Source of the DNA: an uncultured Desulfarculus sp.
Lineage (GTDB): Bacteria; Desulfobacterota; Desulfarculia; Desulfarculales; Desulfarculaceae
Assembly (NCBI GenBank): GCA_963665125.2
Contig: CAXXUK010000001.1
Location: 736,001-800,000 of the forward strand
Direction: 5' to 3'
Length of the DNA stretch: 64,000 nt
The notes below the pieces were generated by a model that saw only the letters and a program-made list of their open reading frames with translations, had not been told where the DNA came from and made no database searches. The position numbers and the translations under genes were made by a program. Every line of letters starts with the position of its first letter. Within the stretch, counting starts at the first letter, position 1. Positions 40,038-50,362 of this stretch are shown piece after piece.

Positions 40038-42372
40038 TGAACGTAGATTTGACATATTATCCCGTGTGGTGGAGATAGCCACCACTTCGGTTGACGTCAG
40101 TGAGCGTCTGCAAAGTATCTTGGGTGTCGTACAGAGCCAGTTGGAAGCCCGGCTCGCCGTCTTGTTCATGCTGGACAAATCAAAGCGCAACATGGTTCGC
40201 GCCAGTTCATGGCCGCGTGAGTTGGATCTTGATCCGGACATGGTGGTTCCGCTGGGCAACGGAGTGATGGACCAGGTGATCCTGCGCCGTAAACCTGCGG
40301 TGATCAGCGTATCAATGCCTTGCGGAGATGATCTCCTAAATGAGCTCTGCTCGGCCGGCGAACTGGTCAGCCTGCTGCCCGTATGCGACGACAGCCAGGT
40401 GTACGGCGTACTGGTTCTGGTCATGTCCCAGGAAGCCATCGTAGATGACAACATTTTCAAGTTGTTGCAGATGATCGCCAGGGAGATTGCCGGTACGGTC
40501 CGCAATTCCCGTTTATACATGGAGGCCAAACGCCGCATCGCCGAACTCAACGTTATATCCGATCTTGGTTTGGCGGCCATCTCCACAATTGAAGTCGATG
40601 AACTGCTGGACACCGTTGCCAGCATGTGCGCCAAACTTCTGGGGGCCGGCGGGGGCCTGGTGGCCATTGAAGGGGCCGGCCGGACTTTTTCGGCCCGCTA
40701 TGGAACCATCCCAAAGGGTTGCCCGGAATTTGTGACCTGCGTCAACTCCAAGCCCAGCGGCCCCAGGGCCGCTCAGAAAGCGTTTGTCCCCGAATGTAAC
40801 GGCATGACTAACGGCACGGAAAACAGCCGGGACCGCCTTTGCGTTCACCTCAGTTTCAAGGGCAGCTACAGCGGCAATTTGTGCGTTTTCAACAAGGTCG
40901 CCCTGGTCAAGGGAACCACGCCCGGATTCAATGTAGACGATCAAAACCTCCTGGGCACCATGGCCTCGATGGTCGCCCCGGCCCTGGAAAACGCTCTTAC
41001 CTTTCACCGCTTGGAGGATCTTGTCCAGCGCAACGAGGAGATGGTCAATTATTTGGCCACCCTCCATGAAATTAGCACGATTTTGATGACCACGGTCGAT
41101 TTCGAAGAGACCGTGATGATTATCCTGGTTTCATTGGTGCACCAGGCCGGATTGGATTACGACAACGTTATTTTGTTCCTGGCCGACGACAAGGGGCAGA
41201 CGCTGCTGCCGGTGGCCGATTTGAGCCAAAAGATGCAGGTGGGCACGGGCGAGCTGAGCCCTACACTCAACATTATCAAGCAACTGCCTGAATTTCCCCC
41301 GCGCATGCATGACAACATCGTCAGCGAACTGGAAGTGCCGATTAAAGGCAAGGGCAACATCCTGACCAAGGCTCTGCTGGAGCGCAAACCGTTGGTCAAG
41401 GAAAGTTTCAGCGGCCGCTCAAAGGTGGATTCGATTCTGCGCGACGCCCTGGAACCCAAATATCTGGTGGCCGTGCCCATGATCGCCAAGGACAAGAACG
41501 TCGGCGTATTGGTGGCCAGCACCCACAGCGCGGCAAAGTCCGTGGACGAACGAGGCCTGCGCTTGGTGGATATGCTGGCCAACCAGGCCGCCCTGGCCCT
41601 TGAGACCAGCAGGCTGTACCAGAATATTGAAAACGCCAACCGCGAGTTGGCCCATATGCGCAACCGCCTGCTGGAGGCAGACAAGTTGGCCGCCTTGGGC
41701 GAAATAGCCGCCGGTGTGGCCCATGAAATTCGCAATCCACTGGTTAGCATCGGCGGCTTTACCCGCAGGATTCGTAAACGGGTCGGCGATGATTCGCCGA
41801 TTACTCCATACCTGGAAGTGATCATCGAGGAAGTCACCCGGCTCGAGCGCACTCTCAATGAAATGCTGGAGTTTTCTTCTGAAAAGCGCGACCATTTCGA
41901 AGAGAACGATCTCAACGAGATTATCGACCGCTCCTTGGACCTGTTGCGCCGCGATCTTGACGACAAGCGCATCGAGGTGGTGCGCCATTATTCCACGGAC
42001 CTGCCCAAAGTCTTTTGCGATGAAAGGCAAATCAAGCACGTCTTTTTAAACCTGTTCATCAATGCCATCCAGGCCATGGATATGGGCGGCAGGTTGACCT
42101 TGCGGACGTTTACCGTGGTTCGGGAGTCCAAGCAGTTCGTGGCCGGCGAGGTCAGCGACACCGGCGGCGGCATACCCATGGATGTGGTGCACCACATTTT
42201 CAACCCGTTCTTCACCACAAAAGACCAGGGTTCGGGCATGGGACTGTCCATCGTGCACAAGATCGTCACCAGGCATTTCGGCGGCGTGGAGGTGCACAAC
42301 AGGGAAGGCGAAGGCACCTCGTTTTTAGTCACATTGCCCGCGGCCGAAGAGGGACGGGCATATCTCAAGTAA
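40030..42372 (+). CDS. Cytoplasmic multi-GAF sensor histidine kinase
   Basis: Repeated GAF-like segments, AHEIRNPL, NAIQA, DTGGG, PFFTTK, GMGL; overlaps the glgA stop. Confidence 0.92.
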   Translation: MIDERRFDILSRVVEIATTSVDVSERLQSILGVVQSQLEARLAVLFMLDKSKRNMVRASSWPRELDLDPDMVVPLGNGVMDQVILRRKPAVISVSMPCGDDLLNELCSAGELVSLLPVCDDSQVYGVLVLVMSQEAIVDDNIFKLLQMIAREIAGTVRNSRLYMEAKRRIAELNVISDLGLAAISTIEVDELLDTVASMCAKLLGAGGGLVAIEGAGRTFSARYGTIPKGCPEFVTCVNSKPSGPRAAQKAFVPECNGMTNGTENSRDRLCVHLSFKGSYSGNLCVFNKVALVKGTTPGFNVDDQNLLGTMASMVAPALENALTFHRLEDLVQRNEEMVNYLATLHEISTILMTTVDFEETVMIILVSLVHQAGLDYDNVILFLADDKGQTLLPVADLSQKMQVGTGELSPTLNIIKQLPEFPPRMHDNIVSELEVPIKGKGNILTKALLERKPLVKESFSGRSKVDSILRDALEPKYLVAVPMIAKDKNVGVLVASTHSAAKSVDERGLRLVDMLANQAALALETSRLYQNIENANRELAHMRNRLLEADKLAALGEIAAGVAHEIRNPLVSIGGFTRRIRKRVGDDSPITPYLEVIIEEVTRLERTLNEMLEFSSEKRDHFEENDLNEIIDRSLDLLRRDLDDKRIEVVRHYSTDLPKVFCDERQIKHVFLNLFINAIQAMDMGGRLTLRTFTVVRESKQFVAGEVSDTGGGIPMDVVHHIFNPFFTTKDQGSGMGLSIVHKIVTRHFGGVEVHNREGEGTSFLVTLPAAEEGRAYLK

Positions 42373-42396
42373 ATTCGTTGATCGGCGGAGTCTATA

Positions 42397-42930
42397 TTGG
42401 CGGAAGTGGTAGATATCGGCAGCGCCAGGCGCAGCAAGGTGGCTGGGCCTGCGTTCAGCAACTGGGAAAAACGGCTTGGATTCACCCCGGGGCCGGACGA
42501 GGCCCTGGACGCCATTCCCGATAAAATCCTGATCGAACTGGCTGAACTGGGCAACGAAGGCGTACTGGCCCTCTACGACGTTGTGTTGGGCGTCCGAGGT
42601 TGGGGCGTCGGCGAAGCCTTCAATTATCTTGAGCCGGGCCGCAAGATGGAGGCCCTTGACTCGTATCTTTTTCTGGCCGACCAGGTACGCTTCGAGGTGA
42701 TGCGCCGCCTGGGCTGGCTGGGCGCGACGGTTTGTTCGGAAGTCCCCATCGCCGACCTGGCCCTGAACCACAAGCACCTCATGGCCCGCGTGGCTGAGCC
42801 ACCCATGCTTTTGCGGGCATACCCCCGGTATGAAGAAATGAGTAAACGCCTGGAGATGGAGCCCGAGGCGGCCATACGGTCGATCATTCCCGAGGCCTTG
42901 ACCGTCTTCCGGCGCAAGGTGAATGCGTAG
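42397..42930 (+). CDS. Hypothetical protein
   Basis: 177-aa ORF with GGAG RBS, in a co-directional run. Confidence 0.7.
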   Translation: MAEVVDIGSARRSKVAGPAFSNWEKRLGFTPGPDEALDAIPDKILIELAELGNEGVLALYDVVLGVRGWGVGEAFNYLEPGRKMEALDSYLFLADQVRFEVMRRLGWLGATVCSEVPIADLALNHKHLMARVAEPPMLLRAYPRYEEMSKRLEMEPEAAIRSIIPEALTVFRRKVNA

Positions 42931-42953
42931 ATAAGCCAATCAAGGAGGTTGGA

Positions 42954-44108
42954 ATGCCAAGCACCGTATTTCTCGCCGATATGAGGGCTTCGCTGAAGCG
43001 AACCTTCAACCAGAAGATTGACGAACTCATGGAACGGGTGGGGTTGGCCTCCATCATCAAACCCGGCGCCTTGACCGCCCTGAAGATTCATTTCGGCGAA
43101 AAGGGCAACACAACCTTTATCCGGCCCGTGCTGGCCCGTCGCTGGGCCGATGCAGTCAAGAACGCCGGCGGCAAGCCTTTCTTTACCGACTGCAATACGC
43201 TTTACGTTGGTTCTCGTTCAGACGCGGTGAACCATCTGCACACGGCCACGGAAAACGGATTTGCCTATAGTGTGGCCGGAGCGCCACTGGTCATAGCCGA
43301 CGGACTACGGGGCAGCACCGAGATCATCGTGCCCCTGGGCCTGCCCGATTGCCCCGAGGCCTACATAGGCCAGGAGATCATCCACGCCGACGCTCTGATC
43401 AGCATTGCCCATTTCAAGGGCCATGAGGTGGCCGGATTCGGCGGGACCATTAAAAACCTGGGCATGGGCTGCGCCAGCCGCCGGGGCAAGCTTTATCAGC
43501 ACGCCAATATTTCACCGATCATCAAGCCCAAACGCTGCATTGCCTGCGGCGATTGCATTGTCCGCTGCCCCGGCCTGGCCATCAGGCTGGTCAAGCGCGG
43601 ACCGGATATGGACGCCGCTCCGGACAACTCAAAAAAACCGGATTTCGTGGCCATCAAGGACAGCGCAAAGTGCATCGGCTGCGGAGACTGCATCGCCACC
43701 TGCAACCAGGGGGCAATCATGATACCGTGGGATTCCCAGGTGCCGGAGTTGATGAAGCGCATGGTCGGCCACGCCAAGGCCGCTTTGGAGGGCAAACGGG
43801 AGAAGTCCCTGTTCTTCAACTTCATCGTGGACGTCAACCCGGATTGCAACTGCATGCCTTTCCAAGACGCGCCCATCGTTCACGACATCGGCCTGGCCGC
43901 CTCCAACGATCCGGTGGCCCTGGACCAGGCCAGCGTGGACCTGGTGAACAACTCGCCGGGCCTGCCCACCAGCCGCCTGGAGAGCGCCTTTGCCGAGGGG
44001 GCCGATAAATTCCGCGACATCCATCCCGAGATCGACTGGAAGGTGCAGCTGGAATACGCCGAGCAGGTGGGGCTGGGCAGCCGAGACTACGAGTTGGTGC
44101 GAATTTAG
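42954..44108 (+). CDS. DUF362 domain protein with two [4Fe-4S] motifs
   Basis: KIHFGEKGN, HFKGH, GGTIKNLGMG, CIACGDC...CP and CIGCGDC...C, DPVALD. Confidence 0.9.
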   Translation: MPSTVFLADMRASLKRTFNQKIDELMERVGLASIIKPGALTALKIHFGEKGNTTFIRPVLARRWADAVKNAGGKPFFTDCNTLYVGSRSDAVNHLHTATENGFAYSVAGAPLVIADGLRGSTEIIVPLGLPDCPEAYIGQEIIHADALISIAHFKGHEVAGFGGTIKNLGMGCASRRGKLYQHANISPIIKPKRCIACGDCIVRCPGLAIRLVKRGPDMDAAPDNSKKPDFVAIKDSAKCIGCGDCIATCNQGAIMIPWDSQVPELMKRMVGHAKAALEGKREKSLFFNFIVDVNPDCNCMPFQDAPIVHDIGLAASNDPVALDQASVDLVNNSPGLPTSRLESAFAEGADKFRDIHPEIDWKVQLEYAEQVGLGSRDYELVRI

Positions 44109-44143
44109 CTCCGGTTTAACACCACACTACCAATTGGGGTGCC

Positions 44144-44803
44144 ATGTCCGGGTTTGTGCTTGAAGCGGCCGGTGTCCAATGGACAGCGCCTGACGGCAAT
44201 AAGGTTCTGTTAGGCGTTTCCTTTGGGCTGGCGGCCGGTGAGTTGGTTTGGCTAAGCGGACCATCGGGCGGCGGAAAGTCTACACTGTTGCGCCTATTGG
44301 GGCGGCTCATTTCGCCCTCCACGGGAGACATTATCCTCAACGGCCGGTCCATGACCGAATGGAAATCATGGGACTTTCGCCGTCAGGCCGTGTTGGTGGG
44401 CCAGATACCCGCCGTATTGGGCCAAACCGTGCGGCGCAACCTCCTTGCCCCGTTTTCCTATAGGGTTTCCCGGAATAACACGCCGCCGACCCCGGAAAAA
44501 ATAAGCGCCGAACTCGGCCTGCTGGGCTTTGGCGATATCGGCCTGGACCGGGATGTTCAGGGCCTTTCCGTGGGACAGTTGCAGCGTCTTTGTCTGTGCC
44601 GGGCCTTGTTGCTTGGGCCTGCTGTTTTGCTTTTAGACGAACCCCTGGCGCCCCTGGATCCCGAGGCGGCGGATCTGGTTGTAAACCGGTTGTCGCAATA
44701 TGTGGATCAGGGCGGGGCCGTGTTGATGGTCAGCCATCAACGACCGGCCAAATCGGCGCGCCATCTGGTATTGGCCGAGGGCAAGATGGAGGACAGGCAA
44801 TGA
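44144..44803 (+). CDS. ABC transporter ATP-binding protein (FetA/YbbL-like)
   Basis: GPSGGGKS, LSVGQ, LLLDEP, VSH. Confidence 0.88.
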   Translation: MSGFVLEAAGVQWTAPDGNKVLLGVSFGLAAGELVWLSGPSGGGKSTLLRLLGRLISPSTGDIILNGRSMTEWKSWDFRRQAVLVGQIPAVLGQTVRRNLLAPFSYRVSRNNTPPTPEKISAELGLLGFGDIGLDRDVQGLSVGQLQRLCLCRALLLGPAVLLLDEPLAPLDPEAADLVVNRLSQYVDQGGAVLMVSHQRPAKSARHLVLAEGKMEDRQ

Positions 44804-45597
44804 CGGGCATCGCGGCGATCGGCCCCTGGCAATTGGCCCTGGCTCTTGTCTTCGTGTTGCTGGCGGGAGCGGCCAGCATCCGCTTGCGCCTGGGCCTGGG
44901 CAAGGACATCGCCTGGGGCGCCATCCGCACCTTTGCCCAACTATTTTTGATGGGTTATGTCCTGGTCTATATTTTTCAGCTGGATATTCCGCCGCTGGTC
45001 CTGACCGTGTTTGGCGCAATGATCTTTTTCGCCGCACGGATCGTGGCGGGACGGGTCAAGGGCAAGGGCCCCAAGGTCTTCGGGCCGGTGTTTTTGTCCA
45101 TGCTGTTGAGCTACATGGTGGTCACGTTCGTGGTGGTGGCGGTGGTGGTCCAGGCCGAACCCTGGTGGCAGCCTCGCTACTTCATACCACTTGGCGGCAT
45201 GGTGGTTGGTAACTCCATGAACGCCATGGCCCTGGCCCTGGAGAGGCTTTTCAGCGATATGGCGGCCAAGCGTAACGAAGTGGAGGCCATGCTCAGCCTG
45301 GGGGCCAATCACAAAGAGGCAACAGCTGGTATTTTCGCCTCAGCGGTGTCGGCGGGCATGATCCCCAGCATAAACTCCATGATGGGCGTGGGCGTGGTTT
45401 TCATTCCCGGCATGATGACCGGCCAAATACTGGCGGGGGCCGATCCCCTGGTCAGTATCAAGTACCAGATAGTGGTTATGTTGATGCTGGTCGGATCAAC
45501 AACACTGAGCAGTGTGGTCGGTGTGCACCTCGCCCGCCGCAGGCTGTTCAACAAAGATGAACAGATTGTTCAGTATTTTTCAGGTGATCGATCATAA
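44800..45597 (+). CDS. fetB: ABC permease, FetB/YbbM (UPF0014) family
   Basis: RTFAQL, IPLGGMVVGNSM, IPGMMTGQILAGADP, YQI. Confidence 0.85.
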   Translation: MTGIAAIGPWQLALALVFVLLAGAASIRLRLGLGKDIAWGAIRTFAQLFLMGYVLVYIFQLDIPPLVLTVFGAMIFFAARIVAGRVKGKGPKVFGPVFLSMLLSYMVVTFVVVAVVVQAEPWWQPRYFIPLGGMVVGNSMNAMALALERLFSDMAAKRNEVEAMLSLGANHKEATAGIFASAVSAGMIPSINSMMGVGVVFIPGMMTGQILAGADPLVSIKYQIVVMLMLVGSTTLSSVVGVHLARRRLFNKDEQIVQYFSGDRS

Positions 45598-45752
45598 AGG
45601 TTATGCTTTCATTGACTAAAGTATTAAAAAAATAATAGAGTAAAAAAACTGCGGACATATTTCTATCTGCTTTGATCTACTCCCAAAATGATGCGTAAAA
45701 GTTCATCGTGACAACTGACTGTAAATAGAGCAGAGTACGGGCAAACATTACA

Positions 45753-48452
45753 ATGGCTTGTAGCTCAACACAGCGCCTGTCCCTTTCGCCATTCATCCTG
45801 ATTGTAATCATTGTTGCCATGTCAACACTGTCATGGTCACCCCTACTCGCATCCGGCGGGGGGCAACATGGGCGCGCATTGCTCATAAGTTCCTATCACC
45901 CAGGATTTCCTGCATTTTTTCACCAAATTAACGGAATCAAGAGCGTCTTCGACCCGGAGCATATCCTACTCGATGTCGAGTTCATGGACACCAAGCGCTT
46001 CAAACAGAAAGAAAACCGGGACAACTTTAAGGAGAGCCTACGCTTCAAGCTCGCCCACCTTAAACCATACGATATTGTGATGACGGCCGACGACAATGCG
46101 TTGAACTTCGCCCTGGACCAGCAAAACGACCTGCTCAAGGGCTTGCCGATTATCTTCTTCGGTGTGAACAACGTAGATAAGGCTCTCGAACAAAACGACA
46201 ATGAAATGGTGACCGGTGTTGTGGAAGATGTGTCCATGGCGGACACAATCTCCCTCATGCTCAAACTACATCCCCAAACAAAAAAAATGGTCGCCCTGGT
46301 CGATGCCTCGCCCAGCGGCCAAGCCGATCTCAAGCGGTTTTACGATCTGGAAGGTAATTTCAAGGATGTAAAGTTCGAAGACATATGCCTGGCGGATATG
46401 TCGTTTGATCAATTTAAGCAAAGACTGCGGGAAATCGGCGATGACACGGCCGTTTTGCTGCTTTCGGCATATCATGACAATCAGGGCAAGTCATTGCAAT
46501 TCCACGATTCCCTGGACCTGATTGCCCGCAACCTGAACCGGCCTCTATATCACCTTTGGCATCACGGCCTGGGCGAAGGTGTTTTGGGCGGAAAGCTGGT
46601 CAGCCATTTCGACCAGGGACAAAGCGCCGCTTTGATGGCTCTCAAGGTTCTTAAGGGTACGCCGCTAAGGGATATATCAGTCAGCAGCCAGAGCCCCAAC
46701 AGGTATTATTTCGACCACCGCCAGCTACAGAGATTTCGGTTGGATGAAGCCGGCCTGCCGCCGGACAGTGTGGTCCTTTTCAAGCCCGAGAGCTTTTTAC
46801 ATAAAAATATAATGATGGTCTTGTGGCTGTTGTTTTTATTCATCAGCCTGGTGACCATAGTCATTGTTTTGGTTTTCAATGCATTGCAGCGTAGAAGGTC
46901 CGAAGAAAAACTGCGCGAAAGTGAAGGGCGTTTCCGCTCCACTTTCGAACAGGCCGCCGTGGGCATTCTTCATCTTGATTTAAAGGGCGAGTTCCTTCGC
47001 GTAAACAGACGCTTTTGCGATATGCTCGGCTACAGCCGGGATGAGTTTCGACTGTTGAGTCTGCGTGATATTTCCCATCCCGAAGACATGAAAACCAGTG
47101 AGCAGATGCGGGTGGACCTGCTCTCCGGCAAAGCGGACAAGATGTCCACCGAAAAACGCTACATAAGAAAAGACGGCTCCATGATGTGGGGCCACCTCAC
47201 ATTGTCGCTGCGGTTGGATGAACAGGGGCTGCCGGTTCATTTTATCGGTGTTATTGAAGATATTGGCGAACGCAAGGCAGCCGAGGAGGAAAAGGAGAAA
47301 CTGGAGGACAAACTACTTCAGTCGCAAAAAATGGAGGCTCTGGGCACCTTGGCCGGTGGCGTGGCCCACGACTTCAACAACTTGCTGGCCGCGATTCTCG
47401 GATATTCAGAGCTGGCCTTGGACTCGGTAAAAGAGGGAGAGGATTGCGCGGAAGATCTCGAGCAATTGATCAAATCAGCCGAGCGGGGCAGGGAGTTGGT
47501 TAGGCAAATCCTTACCTTTAGCCGCAAAATGCAGGTTGAATTGCAGCCGCTTGACCTAAACAAGGAGGTGAAGCGGGTCTCGGAAATTCTTAAGCACGCC
47601 TTGCCAAAGATGATAGAAATCAAAATCAAACTAGATCCGGACCTCCAAGCCATTGCCGCGGACCAGACCCAGATCGAACAAGTGCTGCTGAATCTGGGGA
47701 GCAATGCAGCCGATGCCATGCCGCAAGGCGGGACACTGCGCATAGAGACCTCGAACGTGGTTTTGGATGAGCAATATTGCAGGCGCCATGCCGAAGTTAG
47801 TCCCGGGCCATATGTTTTACTGGAAGTTGCCGATACGGGATCGGGCATGGATGAAAACACCCTTGTCCAAATATTTGATCCGTTTTTTACCACAAAGGAC
47901 GTTGGCAAAGGCACCGGACTTGGTCTTTCGACGGTGTTTGGAATCATCAAGGAGCATGGTGGAGCGATTTCCTGCATGAGCGAGATCGGTCAAGGAACTG
48001 TGTTTAAGATGTTTCTACCCGTATGCGGTGAACAAAACGGCCAAGGCCTTGAAATGGGGAAGGACTCGCACGAAGCCGCCAACGGAGGAGCGACAATCCT
48101 TTTCGTGGATGACGAACAGGCCCTGAGGGAGATAGCCGCTATACACCTTATGCGGGCGGGTTATAAAGTCATTACGGCCGATAGTGGGGAACTGGCCTTG
48201 GAAATGTACAAGGCGGGAGCCAAAGATATCGATTTGGTCATTCTCGACTTGAGCATGCCCGGGCTGGGCGGGATCTTCTGCCTAAAGGAGATACTGACTT
48301 TTGATTCAGCCGCAACAGTGCTTGTTACAAGTGGTTATTCGGAAGACACCCAGAGAAAAGACGTGCTTGCAATGGGTGCGAAAGAGTACCTGCCAAAACC
48401 CAACGGCAAGACGCAATTGCTTTCGGCTGTACGAGCTGTTTTGAATAAGTAA
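45753..48452 (+). CDS. Hybrid sensor kinase (periplasmic binding-protein-like, TM, PAS, HisKA, HATPase, REC)
   Basis: LISSYH, EFMDTKR, PAS (HPED), AHDFNNLL, PFFTTK, GTGLGL, VDDE...DLSMP; start uncertain. Confidence 0.92.
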   Translation: MACSSTQRLSLSPFILIVIIVAMSTLSWSPLLASGGGQHGRALLISSYHPGFPAFFHQINGIKSVFDPEHILLDVEFMDTKRFKQKENRDNFKESLRFKLAHLKPYDIVMTADDNALNFALDQQNDLLKGLPIIFFGVNNVDKALEQNDNEMVTGVVEDVSMADTISLMLKLHPQTKKMVALVDASPSGQADLKRFYDLEGNFKDVKFEDICLADMSFDQFKQRLREIGDDTAVLLLSAYHDNQGKSLQFHDSLDLIARNLNRPLYHLWHHGLGEGVLGGKLVSHFDQGQSAALMALKVLKGTPLRDISVSSQSPNRYYFDHRQLQRFRLDEAGLPPDSVVLFKPESFLHKNIMMVLWLLFLFISLVTIVIVLVFNALQRRRSEEKLRESEGRFRSTFEQAAVGILHLDLKGEFLRVNRRFCDMLGYSRDEFRLLSLRDISHPEDMKTSEQMRVDLLSGKADKMSTEKRYIRKDGSMMWGHLTLSLRLDEQGLPVHFIGVIEDIGERKAAEEEKEKLEDKLLQSQKMEALGTLAGGVAHDFNNLLAAILGYSELALDSVKEGEDCAEDLEQLIKSAERGRELVRQILTFSRKMQVELQPLDLNKEVKRVSEILKHALPKMIEIKIKLDPDLQAIAADQTQIEQVLLNLGSNAADAMPQGGTLRIETSNVVLDEQYCRRHAEVSPGPYVLLEVADTGSGMDENTLVQIFDPFFTTKDVGKGTGLGLSTVFGIIKEHGGAISCMSEIGQGTVFKMFLPVCGEQNGQGLEMGKDSHEAANGGATILFVDDEQALREIAAIHLMRAGYKVITADSGELALEMYKAGAKDIDLVILDLSMPGLGGIFCLKEILTFDSAATVLVTSGYSEDTQRKDVLAMGAKEYLPKPNGKTQLLSAVRAVLNK

Positions 48453-48668
48453 TTGTAAAATCGGTTGAACTCCGAGCTTAACAATCAATCAAAAACCCAT
48501 GCTAATTATGGGCTTTTATGCGTATTTTCTTGTTGGCCTGTCAACAAGGCTTGGTTATGATAAGTCCATGTTAAAAACGGCGGCTATTGAATATGCTGCC
48601 TAAGGGCACGAGAGCGGCGCGGCCGCGCAAATGCGCGGCAGTGAAAACATCAGGACAAGAGAGGGTTA

Positions 48669-49244
48669 ATGCTATTAAAAAGATTTGTGAGTATGGCCGC
48701 CGTAATGGCTTTGGTCATGGGTTTTTCAGTGGCTGGGTTTGCCGCTGAGAGGGATTCGATCGTTAAGGCCGGAGAGGACTTCCCCAAGGTCGAGTTTGCT
48801 GCTGAGCTTGATGCCAATGGCAAAAAGTACTTGGGCTTGGATGTCTCGGCCAAAACCTTCAGCATTGACCAAATCGACGCCAAGGTAATTGTGTTAGAGT
48901 TTTTTGGCCTCTATTGCCTGCACTGCCGCAGCGAAGCCCCCAAGGTGGCCCAACTCTATAAGATGATCCAGGACGAAGGCCTTGGCGACAAGGTCAAATT
49001 CCTTGGTGTGGGCGTCAACAACTCGGCTTTTGAGGTGGCGGCCTTCCGTAAGCAACTCAAAGTGCTGTTCCCGGGTGTGCCCGATCCCAAGATGGCCAAC
49101 ACCAAGGCCGTGGGCGTGTTTGCCACTCCGACATTTATCGTGGTAACGAAGTCTTCTCCCTGCAAGGTCTTTGTCACCAAGGTCGGTGATGTGGGACCTT
49201 TGGACGTCTTTGTCAAGGAACTCAAGGAAGCCGCCGGCAATTAG
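48669..49244 (+). CDS. Exported TlpA-like thiol:disulfide oxidoreductase
   Basis: Signal peptide, YCLHC (CxxC), ATPT cis-Pro loop. Confidence 0.85.
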   Translation: MLLKRFVSMAAVMALVMGFSVAGFAAERDSIVKAGEDFPKVEFAAELDANGKKYLGLDVSAKTFSIDQIDAKVIVLEFFGLYCLHCRSEAPKVAQLYKMIQDEGLGDKVKFLGVGVNNSAFEVAAFRKQLKVLFPGVPDPKMANTKAVGVFATPTFIVVTKSSPCKVFVTKVGDVGPLDVFVKELKEAAGN

Positions 49245-49260
49245 CCTGATTCCTCAACGC

Positions 49261-49305
49261 AAATAAAAATCCCGTCCAGACTATGCCTGGGCGGGATTTT
49301 TATTT
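49261..49305. terminator. Bidirectional intrinsic terminator
   Basis: AAAAATCCCGTCCAG...CTGGGCGGGATTTTT. Confidence 0.8.
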
Positions 49306-49420
49306 ATCTGATTAGGACTCTTCGCTGGACCCCGACCGACCTCCAATGGGCGGCGCATCGGTTTTGGGGCAAAGCTTGATGCTCAACAAGCCTATCAGTC
49401 AACCCTCAGCATTCTTTCGC

Positions 49421-49894
49421 TCAATAGCCTTCCCGAATCCGTTTTTCGGTCCGTTTTTGGGTCAATGTGTCAAGTGACAGCCACGACCCCGGCTTCCACA
49501 GCAGCCAAAGGGCGGGAAGCATAATTATGAAGTCGCGGAGAGCGTCGGCGTAACCAACGGCGCTATCCTGGCCCGGGAAACAGCCGCAGTTGTGGCTTTG
49601 CCCCGTGGCGCCGGCGTGGATCATCAGGGCTGTGAAAAAGGCCATCAGATAGGCCAGCCACAGTGCCGCAGGACGAATCCATATTCCAAAAACCATCATT
49701 GTGGCAAGAAAAAATTCAAGCCACGCCAGCACGGCGCTGAAGGTATTGACCGCCCATATCGGCAAGATGTCATAGGTGGCCGTGGCCTGGGCAAATGAGG
49801 CGGGATCCCACACCTTTTCCAGGCTAGCCAAATAAAAGACTGTTGCCAGGGCTATCCTGCTTCCCAGGGATATGATTTCAAATACTTTTGTCAT
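49421..49894 (-). CDS. MauE/DoxX-family membrane protein
   Basis: Four TM segments, LAWLE, NCGCF, ALRD. Confidence 0.88.
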   Translation of the reverse strand: MTKVFEIISLGSRIALATVFYLASLEKVWDPASFAQATATYDILPIWAVNTFSAVLAWLEFFLATMMVFGIWIRPAALWLAYLMAFFTALMIHAGATGQSHNCGCFPGQDSAVGYADALRDFIIMLPALWLLWKPGSWLSLDTLTQKRTEKRIREGY

Positions 49895-50361
49895 GGCGAA
49901 TATGGCTCTTTACTTGTGGGATAGCCTGCCAGAACCCATTGATCGTAGCTGGCGTCCATTACGTAAACATTGCTGAAACCCTTGTCTCTCATCTTTTGGG
50001 CCACCACCGCCGCAGGCCAGCGGCTTGCCGTTCGGCCGTAGATGACGATCACCTGATCCTTGACCAGGGCCGGGGCCAGCATGTCGCCCATCATTTCCAC
50101 CGCCTTGGGCGGAAAATTGAAGGCCCAGAGGATATGCCCCTGCTCGTATTCCTGGGAGGAACGAGAGTCGATGAACATCCCGCCTTCATTGAACATGTCC
50201 CAGGAGTCGAGCATTGTCGCCGGTTTCCAAAGGGGTTTGAACAATTCCTTTGGCAGGAAGCCGATTCCCTGGGGCATCACCGCGTTGAAAACCACGGCCG
50301 CGGCCCAGGCCAAAAGCAGGACCACCCCCGCTTTTTTTACGATTATGATTAAACCGGTCAA
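49891..50361 (-). CDS. Rhodanese-like domain protein (no active-site Cys)
   Basis: IDSRS..EY..GHI, IVIYG, GFSNV, W..AGYP. Confidence 0.8.
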   Translation of the reverse strand: MTGLIIIVKKAGVVLLLAWAAAVVFNAVMPQGIGFLPKELFKPLWKPATMLDSWDMFNEGGMFIDSRSSQEYEQGHILWAFNFPPKAVEMMGDMLAPALVKDQVIVIYGRTASRWPAAVVAQKMRDKGFSNVYVMDASYDQWVLAGYPTSKEPYSP

Positions 50362-50362
50362 T

